Assembly: GCA_963666365.2 (NCBI GenBank) | Contig: CAXXNF010000002.1 | Span: forward strand, 1,088,001-1,152,000 | Source: Syntrophales bacterium | Lineage (GTDB): Bacteria; Desulfobacterota; Syntrophia; Syntrophales; UBA2210 | Length of the DNA stretch: 64,000 nucleotides | Direction of reading: 5' to 3' | The notes under the pieces: model-generated | Told to the model about the DNA's origin: nothing | Databases searched by the model: none | What the model saw: only the letters and a program-made list of their open reading frames with translations | In this document: positions 48,529-59,841 of the stretch, one piece after another | Position numbering within the stretch: the first letter of the stretch is position 1 | How the letters are laid out: each line of letters begins with the position of its first letter | Program-made: the position numbers and the translations under genes

Positions 48529-49599
48529 TCACTCTCCTCCTGTGAGTTTGACGATATCGTTATAGGTGACCCAAAACATTAGCACTATGAGCAGGAAAAA
48601 TCCCACCTGTTGCGCTGCTTCACGCCATTTCGGCTTTATTTCCCTCCTGGTGATCAACTCGATGAGATAAAACATGATATGCCCCCCGTCGAGTACCGGA
48701 ATGGGTAATAAATTGAGCACTCCCAGATTTACACTGAGAATTGCCATAAAAAAGAGAAAGGGCACAAATCCCTGACGGGCGTAATCTCCCGACATCTTCG
48801 CAATGAATATCGGGCCGCCCAATGTCTTCGGGGAGATTACCCGCTGCACTATTTTTACCATGCTTATGTAGGTAAGTTTTATAAACCACCAGGTCTGGGC
48901 GATCCCCTCGGCGACAGCTCGAACGGGATTGAGCCTTTCGATATGCGTCTCCGATGAAATGCCGATGCCGATCGCATATGATTCCGACTTTTCCCCAAAA
49001 ATATTGGATCGTTCCGTGGTACGGGGCGTGACGATAACATCCAGAATCCGGTCTTCCCGCTCTATGACTATCTTGAGGCTGTTCCCCCCGCTGGCACTTA
49101 TTATCTCGGAAAGTTCGGACCATTTTTTGATCTCTCTGTCATCGATCCTGAGAATCCTGTCTCCCTCCTTCAGCCCTGCTTCGTAGGCCGGACTGTTCTC
49201 CATGACAGTACCTACTTGAGAGGTTGACACGGGAACGCCGATCGAATAAATCAGAGCAAAGGCGACGAAGGCAAACAGAAAATTAAAAATCGGACCGGCC
49301 ACCACGATGGCCATTCGTTTTATCACCGATTGATTGAGGAAGGACCTTTTTTCATCTTCCGGAGATAATTTCTCGCCGTCGGATTCGCCCAGAAGTTTCA
49401 CATAGCCACCGAGGGGAATGATCGACAGCACATATTCAGTCTCGCCGATTTTCCTGCCTATGATTTTCGGTCCGAAGCCGAGAGAAAATTTAAGAACGCC
49501 CACCCCGATGCGCTTGGCAACAATGAAATGTCCAAACTCATGGACAAAAATAAGCACGCCAAGCAAAATAATTACCGATACGATATTAATGCCAATCAA
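48529..49599 (-). CDS. rseP: RIP metalloprotease RseP
   Basis: HEFGH, PDZ domain, NLLPIPVLDGG. Confidence 0.95.
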   Translation of the reverse strand: MIGINIVSVIILLGVLIFVHEFGHFIVAKRIGVGVLKFSLGFGPKIIGRKIGETEYVLSIIPLGGYVKLLGESDGEKLSPEDEKRSFLNQSVIKRMAIVVAGPIFNFLFAFVAFALIYSIGVPVSTSQVGTVMENSPAYEAGLKEGDRILRIDDREIKKWSELSEIISASGGNSLKIVIEREDRILDVIVTPRTTERSNIFGEKSESYAIGIGISSETHIERLNPVRAVAEGIAQTWWFIKLTYISMVKIVQRVISPKTLGGPIFIAKMSGDYARQGFVPFLFFMAILSVNLGVLNLLPIPVLDGGHIMFYLIELITRREIKPKWREAAQQVGFFLLIVLMFWVTYNDIVKLTGGE

Positions 49600-50765
49600 C
49601 GATTTTCCTGTATCCTTTCAATAATTTTACCCGTCTCCACCCGCGCCCGCCGGTCCGCCTCGAGAATATCTTCTATAGTGCTCGAGTTACGGGGCGTATG
49701 TCTCTGAAGGGCCTCCCCGATAATTTCAGCAATGTCAAGAAAACCTATCACGCCTGAGATAAAGGCATTGACGGCGACTTCATTCGATGCATTCAAAACC
49801 GCCGGTGCGGTTCCGCCGACACGCGCCGCCCGGCATGCAAGGTCCAAGCTCATGAATTTTTCCCTGTCCGGCGCGAAAAAGTCCAGCGTTCCCACTTCGC
49901 ATATATTGAGGTTGCAATGTTCGCTGAAAAGCCGGTCCGGATAGGACAGTGCATATGCTATGGGGACTCTCATATCGGGGACGCCCAGTTGCGCAATGAT
50001 GGAACCATCCACATACTCCACCATGGAGTGAATGATGCTCTGGGGGTGAATCACCACATCGATCTTGTCGACGTCAACGGAAAAAAGCCACATGGCTTCT
50101 ATAATCTCCAGCCCTTTGTTCATCATCGTCGCCGAATCGATGGTGATCTTCGGTCCCATTTTCCAGTTGGGATGTTTCAGCGCTTCTTCAACTGTCACCG
50201 CTCCGAGTTCATCAACGGCCCTGTGAAGAAAGGGCCCTCCCGAAGCGGTAAGAATTATTCTGCGCAGGCTTTTTGTTGTGTGGCCTTCAAGACACTGAAA
50301 AATTGCGCTGTGTTCACTGTCCACGGGAAGCAATGCCACGTTCTTTGCCCGTGCCTTTTCCACTACGATACCGCCTGCCATAACCAGTGTTTCTTTGTTT
50401 GCCAGTGCAATATCCTTACCGGCATCGATTGCGGCAATCGTAGGCAGAAGCCCCGCGGCTCCGACCATGGCGGAAATCACCGTCCGCGTCTCGTTCAGTG
50501 TCGCCACCTCATTGTACCCTTCAGCCCCCCATAGGATCTTCGTCGGGTTCGAGGGTCCGAGCCTTTCGCGCAACCGTGCCGCTTCGTCCTCGTCAATGAC
50601 CGCCGCCGCCGATGGTCCGAAGCGTTCGATTTGTTCAGCAAGCAGCGCAACATTACGATACGCCGTAAGCCCTGCCACACGAAAATGCGACGGGTTGGCT
50701 GCAATCACGTCCAGGGCGTTTCTGCCTATGGATCCTGTTGAACCGAGTATGGATATATCTTTCAT
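49596..50765 (-). CDS. dxr: DXP reductoisomerase
   Basis: LGSTGSIG, ANKETLV, PVDSEH, HPNWKMG, NKGLE. Confidence 0.97.
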   Translation of the reverse strand: MKDISILGSTGSIGRNALDVIAANPSHFRVAGLTAYRNVALLAEQIERFGPSAAAVIDEDEAARLRERLGPSNPTKILWGAEGYNEVATLNETRTVISAMVGAAGLLPTIAAIDAGKDIALANKETLVMAGGIVVEKARAKNVALLPVDSEHSAIFQCLEGHTTKSLRRIILTASGGPFLHRAVDELGAVTVEEALKHPNWKMGPKITIDSATMMNKGLEIIEAMWLFSVDVDKIDVVIHPQSIIHSMVEYVDGSIIAQLGVPDMRVPIAYALSYPDRLFSEHCNLNICEVGTLDFFAPDREKFMSLDLACRAARVGGTAPAVLNASNEVAVNAFISGVIGFLDIAEIIGEALQRHTPRNSSTIEDILEADRRARVETGKIIERIQENR

Positions 50766-51568
50766 GGCAACATGAACAGCTTATAATAATATACAAAGGG
50801 AGCGATAAAAAGCAGTGAATCCAGGCGGTCCAGCACTCCGCCATGGCCGGGGAAAAGGGTTCCCGAATCTTTCCTCCCCGACGCTCTCTTGATTGCCGAT
50901 TCGCAGAGATCTCCCAGCTGGCCGAAAATGCTGCCCAGAAATCCAAGCATGGCGGCATGCATCCAGGGAACCTGCTGTAAAAAGAGGAATGAAAAGACGA
51001 CACAGACAATCACCGCTCCGGCAATTCCTCCCAATGATCCCTCGACTGTTTTGCCTGCGCTGACCGATGGAATAAGTTTTCGCCTTCCCCAGGTCCGTCC
51101 CGCGTAGAAGGCGAAGACATCACTGGCAAAGGCAATTAGTACGAGAAAGAAAATCCATTCTCTCCCCTTCTCATCATCTCTCACCAGAATAAAATAGGAC
51201 ATCATCAGCGCCACATAGAACACGCCGAATATCACCTTCACGGGAGCGTCAATGTTCGCCGGATAGGTCCGTATTTTGAGCAAAAAGAGAATGAAGACAC
51301 CTATCACCACAAAGGTAGAGAGTGCAATGACAAGCTCGAGACCGCCCACAAAGGCCGCCGCCATGACGAGAAATCCCGCAACGAGCGTTTCACTCTTTTC
51401 CTTTGGCATGCCTTCGGAAAAGACCATTGCGTTGTATTCACCAAGTCCGAGCAGGGCCAGTGCAGCAATAAAGAGGGCAAAAACAAGCTTGGTGCCCAGT
51501 ATAACGACACAGAGAATAACGGGCAGTGCAACGGCAGCCGTTATCCATCTTTTTGCATGAGAATTCAT
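50762..51568 (-). CDS. cdsA: Phosphatidate cytidylyltransferase
   Basis: KTVEG, GDLCESAIKR, KDSG..PGHGGVLDRLDS. Confidence 0.95.
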   Translation of the reverse strand: MNSHAKRWITAAVALPVILCVVILGTKLVFALFIAALALLGLGEYNAMVFSEGMPKEKSETLVAGFLVMAAAFVGGLELVIALSTFVVIGVFILFLLKIRTYPANIDAPVKVIFGVFYVALMMSYFILVRDDEKGREWIFFLVLIAFASDVFAFYAGRTWGRRKLIPSVSAGKTVEGSLGGIAGAVIVCVVFSFLFLQQVPWMHAAMLGFLGSIFGQLGDLCESAIKRASGRKDSGTLFPGHGGVLDRLDSLLFIAPFVYYYKLFMLP

Positions 51569-51572
51569 AATG

Positions 51573-52310
51573 TCAGTTCCTTGACAACTGATCGCTGGTC
51601 AATCCGAACCGCCGTTCCCGTCTTTGATAGTCGACAATGGCCTCAATGAACGAATCTCTTGAAAAATCGGGCCATAGCACGTCGACAAAATAGAGTTCCG
51701 TGTAGGCAATCTGCCAGAGCAGAAAATTACTTATTCTGTATTCGCCGCTGGTCCTGATCAGAAGATCGGGATCAGGCATACCGGCCGTGTACAGATATTT
51801 CGAAAACGTCTCCTTATCAATGCGTTCGGGATTGAGTGCGCCCGTTTCGCAGTCCTTCATCATGCGCCGCACCACCTCGACGATCTCGTCTCTGCCGCCG
51901 TAGCTGAGGGCCAACGTAAGCACCATATCGCCATTATGCTTCGTTTTTTCCAGCGTATCCCTCAGCACCTCCCCTACGCGGCGCGGGAGGGCATCGATGT
52001 CGCCGATGGTCGAGAGCCGTATGCCGTTGTCCACCATTTCCTGCAGCTCCGCCTTGAGGTAGTCTTCAAGCAACGACATCAGTGCACGCACTTCATCCTT
52101 GGGACGAGACCAGTTTTCCACTGAAAAGGCATAGAGTGTGAGAAAATTAACCCCTAATTCCCTGGCGGTTCTCACCACGCTCCGCACCGCATCGGCGCCC
52201 TTTTTGTGCCCTATGAGCCTTCTCAGTGCGTTTTTTTTTGCCCACCGGCCATTTCCATCCATAATGATCGCGACATGCCGAGGGAGTCTATCCTTGTCGA
52301 TTCTATGCAT
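51573..52310 (-). CDS. uppS: Undecaprenyl diphosphate synthase
   Basis: HVAIIMDGNGRWA, FSVENWSRP, IRTSGEYRISNFLLWQ. Confidence 0.97.
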   Translation of the reverse strand: MHRIDKDRLPRHVAIIMDGNGRWAKKNALRRLIGHKKGADAVRSVVRTARELGVNFLTLYAFSVENWSRPKDEVRALMSLLEDYLKAELQEMVDNGIRLSTIGDIDALPRRVGEVLRDTLEKTKHNGDMVLTLALSYGGRDEIVEVVRRMMKDCETGALNPERIDKETFSKYLYTAGMPDPDLLIRTSGEYRISNFLLWQIAYTELYFVDVLWPDFSRDSFIEAIVDYQRRERRFGLTSDQLSRN

Positions 52311-52433
52311 ATAAATCCTATATCCACAAAATAATTAACAACATCGGAGTGGTGTATCATAGCACGACGCCATTTTCAATCTATCTTTGGAGGCACCGTC
52401 CACGATGTCATCCTTCCTGCACGGCCTGAGCAT

Positions 52434-52461
52434 AAAGAAAAAGGGAACCGAGGTTCCCTTT
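52434..52461 (-). terminator. Intrinsic terminator after frr
   Basis: aaagggaac-ctcg-gttcccttt followed by ttcttt on the minus strand. Confidence 0.75.
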
Positions 52462-52486
52462 CCTGACCTGTACACCATGACCGGCA

Positions 52487-53044
52487 TTAAATCTCCATTA
52501 TCTCGGCTTCCTTTGCGGCCATCACCTCGTCGGTTTTCTTTATGTACTCGTCGGTTATCGTTTGCACATCCTCCTGGTAATCATGAAGGTTGTCCTCTGA
52601 AATATCTCCGTCCGTTTTCAGTTTTTTCAGTTCATTGTTTGCATCGCGGCGTGAGTTTCGGACCTGGATTTTGCATTCCTCCGCCATTTTTTTGACGATT
52701 TTAACCAATTCTTTTCGTCGCTCCTCAGTTAAAGGCGGGATAGATATCCGAATAATTTTTCCGTCATTTGAAGGCACCAATCCCAGTTCCGATTTCTGTA
52801 TCGCCTTTTCAATGTTTCCAAGGGCGCTCTTGTCCCATGGTGAAATGACGATCATCTGGCTTTCCGGTACGGAAAGTGTGGCCACTTGATTCAGAGGAGT
52901 CGGCGCACCGTAATAATCCACTTTTATCCCGTCAAGCAACGCGATGGAGGCGCGGCCGGTTCTTACTTTGTGCAGCGACTTTTGAAAAAATTCAACGTTG
53001 CTTTCCATGTTCTGGCGTAGTTCTTCAAAAATCAGTTCCGTCAT
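52487..53044 (-). CDS. frr: Ribosome recycling factor
   Basis: [21 protein letters not shown]. Confidence 0.97.
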   Translation of the reverse strand: MTELIFEELRQNMESNVEFFQKSLHKVRTGRASIALLDGIKVDYYGAPTPLNQVATLSVPESQMIVISPWDKSALGNIEKAIQKSELGLVPSNDGKIIRISIPPLTEERRKELVKIVKKMAEECKIQVRNSRRDANNELKKLKTDGDISEDNLHDYQEDVQTITDEYIKKTDEVMAAKEAEIMEI

Positions 53045-53763
53045 GTCTCACTCCCGACAATTGTTCCGACATTTTTCCCACACACCACATCCCGAATATT
53101 GCCTTTTTTTTCAAGATTAAAAACGATAAGGGGAAGATTGTTGTCCCGGCACAGCGATATCGCCGTCGCATCCATTACTTTTAAATTCCGCGCCAGCGCC
53201 TCGGTATAACTGACCCGATCGAACATCACCGCATCCCGGCATGTTACAGGATCCTTGTCGTAGACCCCATCAACCTTTGTCGCCTTGAGCATCACATCGG
53301 CATTTATTTCCAGCGCCCGCAAGGACGCCGCCGTGTCGGTGGTGAAGTAGGGATTTCCCGTTCCCCCCGCAAAAATGACCACTCTTCCAGCTTTCAGGTG
53401 CTTTATAGCCCTCTCTCTCACGAAAGGTTCGGCTATGCGCATCATTTCAATTGCTGAAAGAATTCTTACGGGGATTTCTCGTCGTTCAAAGGTTTGCTGA
53501 AGGGCAATACTGTTCATTACCGTTGCCAGCATACCCATGTTATCGGCCGACGCTCTGTCAATACCATGGGAGGTCATTTCCACCCCCCGATAGATGTTGC
53601 CGCCGCCGATCACGATGCCGATCTCCACCCTCATTTCGACGAGAGCGCTTATTTCGTCGGCAATAAATTCCAGAACGGCCATGTCGATGCCAAAGGATTT
53701 TTCTCCCAGCAGCGCCTCTCCGCTCAGCTTCAGAAGAACCCTTTTGTACACCGCCTTTTTCAT
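53041..53763 (-). CDS. pyrH: Uridylate kinase
   Basis: [21 protein letters not shown]. Confidence 0.97.
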   Translation of the reverse strand: MKKAVYKRVLLKLSGEALLGEKSFGIDMAVLEFIADEISALVEMRVEIGIVIGGGNIYRGVEMTSHGIDRASADNMGMLATVMNSIALQQTFERREIPVRILSAIEMMRIAEPFVRERAIKHLKAGRVVIFAGGTGNPYFTTDTAASLRALEINADVMLKATKVDGVYDKDPVTCRDAVMFDRVSYTEALARNLKVMDATAISLCRDNNLPLIVFNLEKKGNIRDVVCGKNVGTIVGSET

Positions 53764-53823
53764 TGCCTGCCCGTAAGAAGCGACCGGCTGCATTGGCCGG
53801 CCCTTCATCAGAAATACCGCCGT

Positions 53824-54423
53824 CTAGAGTTCTTCACCCAGCTGGAATCGTGCAAAACGCCTTACGATTATATTCTCACCGGAATTGGCGATCATGCCGT
53901 TCACAAGATCGCGTACAGTTATATTCGTGTCTTTAATGAATTTCTGATCGAGAAGACATACTTCCTCATAATATTTTTTCAGTTTGCCTTCGATAATTCT
54001 GTCCATTATTTTTTCAGGCTTCCCTTCCTGAAGGGCCTGGCTCCGATATATTTCCTTTTCGCTTTCAAGTTCCTTTTCCGGGATATCTTCGGGTCGCACA
54101 TATTTGGGGTTGGTCGCCGCGATCTGCATGGCGATATCCCGGGCCATTGTCTTGAAGTTATCCGTTTTTGCGACAAAATCCGTCTCGCAATTTACTTCCA
54201 CCAGAATGCCTATTCTTCCCTCCATGTGCACGTAGGATGCAACCATGCCTTCCTTCGCTGCACGGGAAGAACGCTTTGTCGCTGCCGAAAGACCTTTCTT
54301 TCTCAGATACTCAACAGCTTTATCAAAATCGCCGTCAGAAGCGGTCAGCGCTTCTTTGCAATCCATCATTCCGGCGTTTGTCTTGTCACGCAATGCTTTT
54401 ACCTGTGATGCTGAAATAGCCAA
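53824..54423 (-). CDS. tsf: Elongation factor Ts (short form)
   Basis: GMMDCKEAL, EVNCETDFVA. Confidence 0.97.
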   Translation of the reverse strand: MAISASQVKALRDKTNAGMMDCKEALTASDGDFDKAVEYLRKKGLSAATKRSSRAAKEGMVASYVHMEGRIGILVEVNCETDFVAKTDNFKTMARDIAMQIAATNPKYVRPEDIPEKELESEKEIYRSQALQEGKPEKIMDRIIEGKLKKYYEEVCLLDQKFIKDTNITVRDLVNGMIANSGENIIVRRFARFQLGEEL

Positions 54424-54424
54424 T

Positions 54425-55258
54425 TTACTCTACCTCCTCCGTTATTTCCTCGACTTCTTCATGACCCCTGTCATCGGTTTCCTGATGTTCGGCATCTTTT
54501 GTCTCCACGCTTTCCGGCACATCCTGTTCTTCTTCAGAGTTGTCTTTGTCGCTTTCGGCCTGAACCCGCTCTTCAAATCGACGCTTGCCCTCTTCCACTG
54601 CATCGGCCATCTTTGAAGAAAACAGCTTTATTGCACGAATTGCGTCGTCGTTTCCTGGAATCACATAGTCAATATCATCGGGGTCGCAATTTGTATCGAC
54701 TATCGCCACGATCGGAATTCCCAGCTTGCGCGCCTCCTTTACGCCGATCACTTCCCTCTTCGGATCTATCACAAAGAGCACTCCGGGCAGTTTTTCCATG
54801 TAACGAATGCCACCGAGTACTTTCTGCAGTTTCTCACGCTGCTTCTGCAGCTTCAGTATCTCTTTTTTCGGGAATGCATTGACGCTTTCATCCTCAAACA
54901 TCTGATCATATGTATTCAACTGATCGATGCTTTTCTTGATTGTCACAAAGTTAGTGAGCATGCCGCCAAGCCATCGCTGGTTTACATAGGGCATCCCGCA
55001 TCGTTCCGCTTCCGCCTTTATCGATTCCTGGGCCTGACGCTTTGTGCCGAGAAAGAGAACATTCTTTCCCGAAGCAACCGTACCTGTAATAAATTCATAG
55101 GCAACTTCAAATAACTGTACCGTTTGCTGCAGATCAACGATGTAGATTCCGTTACGGGCGCCAAAGATGTACGGTTTCATCTTCGGGTTCCAACGGTTTG
55201 TCTGGTGACCGAAATGGACACCGGACTCAAGTAGCATTTTCATTGAAATATGGGCCAT
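54425..55258 (-). CDS. rpsB: 30S ribosomal protein S2
   Basis: [36 protein letters not shown]. Confidence 0.98.
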   Translation of the reverse strand: MAHISMKMLLESGVHFGHQTNRWNPKMKPYIFGARNGIYIVDLQQTVQLFEVAYEFITGTVASGKNVLFLGTKRQAQESIKAEAERCGMPYVNQRWLGGMLTNFVTIKKSIDQLNTYDQMFEDESVNAFPKKEILKLQKQREKLQKVLGGIRYMEKLPGVLFVIDPKREVIGVKEARKLGIPIVAIVDTNCDPDDIDYVIPGNDDAIRAIKLFSSKMADAVEEGKRRFEERVQAESDKDNSEEEQDVPESVETKDAEHQETDDRGHEEVEEITEEVE

Positions 55259-55355
55259 GCGTTTCTCCTTTCGCTGTTTAAACCTCCACCCATTTTTTAT
55301 TTATTCCCGTAACTTCTCACTCAAAGCAACAGCGGGAACAGATCGGGTGTGTGTT
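55259..55355 (-). promoter_or_regulatory. rpsB (S2) autogenous leader
   Basis: acacacacccg...ttcccg...cgggaa...atgggtggagg, resembling the cacacac...gtggagg architecture of proteobacterial rpsB leaders. Confidence 0.55.
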
Positions 55356-55456
55356 TTGTACTACGCGGTCGATCGAACTACCACATGCACTGCAAATAAT
55401 CAAGGCAAAAAAATCTCTGATATTCCTCACGTAAAGGGGGAATATGCACTCAGTCA

Positions 55457-55855
55457 TTACAGAATTTTTTTGCCGGCCTCAGATCCGCCTTCAACTATAT
55501 ACACGCTGGCAATCTTACACAGGATCGCCGACTTTGGATTAATCGTAGCCTTGATACTGTGCACCCACTCAACATTCTCTTTGAACACCTCATCGTCGGT
55601 ATGAATAGTCACATCACCCTTGATCTGGAATCCACCCTTCTCACCCCACCAGGCAAGTGCTATCCGAGGATTCTCTTTCATATTCTTCAGCGTCTTGTCA
55701 AAAAATTGGTCCGAGATGAGCAATCTCTCGTCATCCAGGAACTTCAATGCACCAACAGGCACCACATTCGGCATACCATCCTTTGTCGCCGTTGAAAGAA
55801 ACGCCAGTTTTACCGATTTCAGACTCTCTTTGATTTCTTCCGTCACTTGAACCAT
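55457..55855 (-). CDS. Pyridoxamine 5'-phosphate oxidase-like FMN-binding protein
   Basis: LSTATKDGMPNVVP, DQFFDKTLKNMKENP, GFQIKG. Confidence 0.88.
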   Translation of the reverse strand: MVQVTEEIKESLKSVKLAFLSTATKDGMPNVVPVGALKFLDDERLLISDQFFDKTLKNMKENPRIALAWWGEKGGFQIKGDVTIHTDDEVFKENVEWVHSIKATINPKSAILCKIASVYIVEGGSEAGKKIL

Positions 55856-55898
55856 AAAGCTTTCCTCCCGTGAATAGGTAAGTTCATACTAATTTCTC

Positions 55899-56306
55899 TT
55901 ATAGTACGGAATGTATTTTTGCCACCAGGTCCTCAATTACAACCGGTTTTGCGACAAATATACGTCCCCCCATGTCGCCGGTCTCATTTTCCTTTATAAT
56001 GGACGTGACGAATATGATGGGAATGGCGGCGGTTGATGGATTCTCCAGCAATTCTTCCGCCACCTCGGCGCCCGACATGCCGGGCATTACGATATCGAGG
56101 AGAATGCAGTCCGGTCTTTCCTCCTTCGCCAGTTGTATCCCGGCGCGCCCGTTGTGGGCCACAAGCACCTCGAATTCATAGGATGATTGATTTCCTTCTC
56201 TTCGCAGGAGACGATCAATAAAGCTCTTGCGCGTTTCCAGGGTTTTTTTTATTCCCCGGCAGAAATCTTCTTCGTCATCGACCACCAGTATCTTTTTCAC
56301 CGCCAT
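55899..56306 (-). CDS. Single-domain response regulator
   Basis: ILVVDDE, LLDIVMPGMSG, FVT, KP; AAGGAGG RBS. Confidence 0.92.
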   Translation of the reverse strand: MAVKKILVVDDEEDFCRGIKKTLETRKSFIDRLLRREGNQSSYEFEVLVAHNGRAGIQLAKEERPDCILLDIVMPGMSGAEVAEELLENPSTAAIPIIFVTSIIKENETGDMGGRIFVAKPVVIEDLVAKIHSVL

Positions 56307-56385
56307 CGCATCCTCCTTCTTGTGCAAGAAACTCGGATCATCATAATGAAGCCCTATCAAATATGCACTCCCTGTCCTCCGAACA

Positions 56386-59300
56386 TCAGGATTCCCGGGA
56401 CTCAGTCCTCCCGGCTGAATCGACGGGGAATTCGATAATAAAAGAGGCGCCCCCCCATTCGTTATTCTCCGCCCATATGCTCCCGCCATGATCTTTCACA
56501 ATTCCATAGGTGATTGAAAGTCCCAACCCCGTTCCCTTCCCCTGCTCCTTGGTGCTGTAGAAGGGATCGAAGATCAGCCTCAGATCCTTTTTTTTAATCC
56601 CTGGTCCCGTATCGGCAATTGTTATGCGAAGGCAGTGTCCGGACCCCGAAGAGCAGCCTTCGGTGCGTACAAACAATTCTTTCCGCCCCCTGCCCTCCAT
56701 GGCATCGAAGGCGTTTGAAAAGAGGTTAATCAGCACCTGTTCCATTTTTTTCCTGTCCAGTTCGATTGACGGCAGGTTCGGCTGGCACGCAAGATGGCAG
56801 GTGATGCCGTCCAGCCTCATCTGGGGGGAACAGAGTTTTACCACATCCTGAACAACCTCATTGATATTATCCGCCTGCACCTCCTTTTTTGAAATACGCG
56901 AAAACTCCCTCAAATTCTCGGTAATCGCCACGACACGATTTACCTGCTCCATACAGATATCCAGTTCCTCGATCACCTCGGGTGAAAGTTCTTTCATTGT
57001 CTTTAGAAGCTGCAGTTCCAGGGATATTATTCCCACAGGATTGAGAATTTCATGGGCGACTCCCGCCGAAATACGACCGAGAGAAGTAAGCTTTTCGGAT
57101 TGAAGCAACTGATTTCTCGCATTTTCCAGTTCCCTGTCGACCCGTTTCCTTTCCGTAATATCCTGAAGTATGCCTACTGTGCCCACAGTAAGGCCTTTTT
57201 CATCCATCATCGGCACGACCTCGTGATAGACCTCGACAGGCGTACCATCCCGACCGATGAATGAACATTCCACACTCCTTTGTGTTCCCTCCTGCACAAC
57301 CGTTTGAAGCAGTTCCGATGCGACTGACCTGTTGTCGGTAGTGAATAATTCAAGAAAATCTTCATACGTCCCCTGAAATGTCTCCTCTTCAGCGCCGACA
57401 ATGCGCAGAAACTCCCGGGAACAGTATACTTCATCTGTCGCTCGTTCCCACTCCCAACTTCCGATTTTTGCAATTTTCTGTGCCTCGTCGAGGCTCTTGC
57501 GAATCTTTACAATCGACGCCTCCATTGCCTGCTGGGAAGTGACATCCAGACAATGGGCGATGTAGCCCAGGAAGTTTCCCTTGCTGTCGTAACGCGGCGT
57601 ACCTTCGCTCAGAAGCCAGCGATACTCGCCGTCGTATCTGCGCAGGCGATAGGTGATGTTGAAAGATTCGCGCCTGTCGAAGGCATTTTCATACACCATA
57701 AGAAGGCGATCAAGATCTTCAGGATGGACGCTTGACATCCACCCGTCTCCCAGATCCTCATCGAGGGTATGACCGGTAAATTCCCGCCATGTCCGGTTTA
57801 AATAATCGCGCTTTTTGTCCCTGCCGGAGGTCCATATCAGGGCTCTGCCTGAATCGGCCAGGGTGCGGTAACGATACTCTGCTTCCTGCAGACGCCTTTC
57901 GACTTCTTTTTGCTCTGTAACATCGCGCACCACGCCTCTGAATCCTCTGGGGGTGCCCATCGCATCCCGGATGAGCGAAACGGACATATCCCGCGACTGC
58001 ACTGTTCCGTCCTTCGTTATTACGCTGTAATTCGCCATAAGAGCGGGAATACCCGTGCGGTAGACGCTGTTATATATCACGAATACTTGCCCGGCTACTG
58101 CTTCGGTCATGTATTCGCGGTAATTCATCCTGTACAGTTCTTCCGGCGTACACTTGTGCATTCGTGCCAGTGCATCATTGATAAAAGTGTAATTTCCCTT
58201 GAGGTCGGTTTCGAAATACCCCTCCTTAATCTCGTCAAGTATGGAGCGGTATCGTTCTTCACTCGCTTCGAGTAGTTTGAGCGCATGCCGTTGAAGAGTA
58301 ATATCCTCGTATATAAGCTGAAAACAGGTCTCGCCGCTCCATATAATTTCTTTTCGCCATACCTGAAGATGCCCTACCTCGCCGCTTTTTCGCACAATCT
58401 CGATTTCATACTCCGAGGGAACCTCCTCGCCGCGGGCACGCTTCTCTTTTCTGGCCAGATGTTCGAGATAACTCTCGACGGTGTAACGATCCGCAACAGT
58501 AGTCTCGCGCCAGTCTTCAATACTTTCGTATCCGAACAAACCCTGAAGTACTCTGTTCACATAGAGGGTTTCCCCTGTTTGCGATACAATGCGGACGCCC
58601 AGGGGAGATTCGTCCAGCGACAACCGGAAATTTTTCTCACTGCTTTGAAGCGCGGCAATGGCCTGTTGCTGGTCGAATTCGGCCCGTTTCCGATCGGAAA
58701 TATCCCGGCTCACTCCGGAGAACCCCACCACAGCACCTTTGTCGTCCCGTATCGGCGCCGCGCTTATTTCCATCCAGACCCGGCTCCCATCACGGTGTAA
58801 ATGCTCCGCCTCTATGACCATGTGATCATCTTCATGCTCACCTCTCATAAGTTTTGTAAAGGCATCGATCACATGCTGTCTGATTTCAGGCGGGTGACTG
58901 TCGTGTATCGTCCGCCCCCTTGCCTCTCTGGAAGAAAATCCCAGCAACCGCTCCACCGACGGCGATATGAAATCGTAGGTCATGGTATTCAAATCAAAGG
59001 TCCAGACAATATCACTCGCATTCTCCACCAGAAAACGGTACCGTGCCTCGCTGACACGAAGACCCTTCAACAGAGCTTCACCTGCGAGTTCCGCCCGTTT
59101 CCGGTCGTCAATATCACGCATGACGCCATGAATGCCGATGAGTATTCCCCGCTCGTCGCGCATCCCCGCTACCACCACTTCGTTCCACCGGGTAGTGCCG
59201 TTTTTGTGATAGTATTCCACATCGAGGGTGATGGTTCTGTTCGGATCGACATTGCCGGCTGCCTCCCGTTCAAGCTCATATGCCATTACCTCTCGTATAT

Positions 59301-59619
59301 GGGATAACGATGCAGGGGTTATCTGTTCGGTCACGTCCTGGGCCTTGCGCTCTTCCGGGGTGAAGCCAAGCACCCGCTCAATGGCAGGACTTACGGAGAG
59401 GGTCCGAAGATTAAGGTCCTGGGTCCACATGACATCGTTCAACCTATCGGCGAGCAAATGATGCCATGCGTCGGCTTTCTTTAATTCCTCGATTTCCGCC
59501 TTTGATTGAGACAGCGCTGCCCGCAGCGCCGATTCCGATTGCTTCAATTCTTCTACACGAGTTTCAAGCAGAGATATTTTTCTGAGCAGCGCCTCGATGT
59601 TTCTTTCTTCCTCTTTCAT
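56386..59619 (-). CDS. Cytoplasmic multi-PAS (about 6) sensor histidine kinase
   Basis: Repeated PAC ends (RDIDDRK, RDISDRK, EDITLQR, RDVTEQK, LDVTSQQ, QDITERK); H-box AHEILNP; N, G1 and G2 boxes; no TM segment. Confidence 0.93.
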   Translation of the reverse strand: MKEEERNIEALLRKISLLETRVEELKQSESALRAALSQSKAEIEELKKADAWHHLLADRLNDVMWTQDLNLRTLSVSPAIERVLGFTPEERKAQDVTEQITPASLSHIREVMAYELEREAAGNVDPNRTITLDVEYYHKNGTTRWNEVVVAGMRDERGILIGIHGVMRDIDDRKRAELAGEALLKGLRVSEARYRFLVENASDIVWTFDLNTMTYDFISPSVERLLGFSSREARGRTIHDSHPPEIRQHVIDAFTKLMRGEHEDDHMVIEAEHLHRDGSRVWMEISAAPIRDDKGAVVGFSGVSRDISDRKRAEFDQQQAIAALQSSEKNFRLSLDESPLGVRIVSQTGETLYVNRVLQGLFGYESIEDWRETTVADRYTVESYLEHLARKEKRARGEEVPSEYEIEIVRKSGEVGHLQVWRKEIIWSGETCFQLIYEDITLQRHALKLLEASEERYRSILDEIKEGYFETDLKGNYTFINDALARMHKCTPEELYRMNYREYMTEAVAGQVFVIYNSVYRTGIPALMANYSVITKDGTVQSRDMSVSLIRDAMGTPRGFRGVVRDVTEQKEVERRLQEAEYRYRTLADSGRALIWTSGRDKKRDYLNRTWREFTGHTLDEDLGDGWMSSVHPEDLDRLLMVYENAFDRRESFNITYRLRRYDGEYRWLLSEGTPRYDSKGNFLGYIAHCLDVTSQQAMEASIVKIRKSLDEAQKIAKIGSWEWERATDEVYCSREFLRIVGAEEETFQGTYEDFLELFTTDNRSVASELLQTVVQEGTQRSVECSFIGRDGTPVEVYHEVVPMMDEKGLTVGTVGILQDITERKRVDRELENARNQLLQSEKLTSLGRISAGVAHEILNPVGIISLELQLLKTMKELSPEVIEELDICMEQVNRVVAITENLREFSRISKKEVQADNINEVVQDVVKLCSPQMRLDGITCHLACQPNLPSIELDRKKMEQVLINLFSNAFDAMEGRGRKELFVRTEGCSSGSGHCLRITIADTGPGIKKKDLRLIFDPFYSTKEQGKGTGLGLSITYGIVKDHGGSIWAENNEWGGASFIIEFPVDSAGRTESRES

Positions 59620-59841
59620 TCATCCCCCCGGGAAATGCACCCTAACAACCTGTACTCGCTCACATTAATTCAATTTTTCACAATAGCGCCGCGATGTCAA
59701 GGACTACATTGCCACCATTGTCGCCTATGAACCACTTCACAGGAATGGAGCAACAAACATTCAAGGATACTGCCGCAATTGCCGATATGGATTTTATTGA
59801 GCATACGATCGATTGTATCTGTCCTTTGTGGAGTTGTAGAA

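Noticed and set aside
53494..54408. 304-aa plus-strand ORF (also 7501-8331 and 30975-31844)
   Set aside because: Antisense to well-supported genes (pyrH/tsf, proS, hydrolase)
53824..54423. Short 199-aa EF-Ts as a truncation
   Set aside because: Short EF-Ts forms are established in several bacterial lineages, and the motifs are intact
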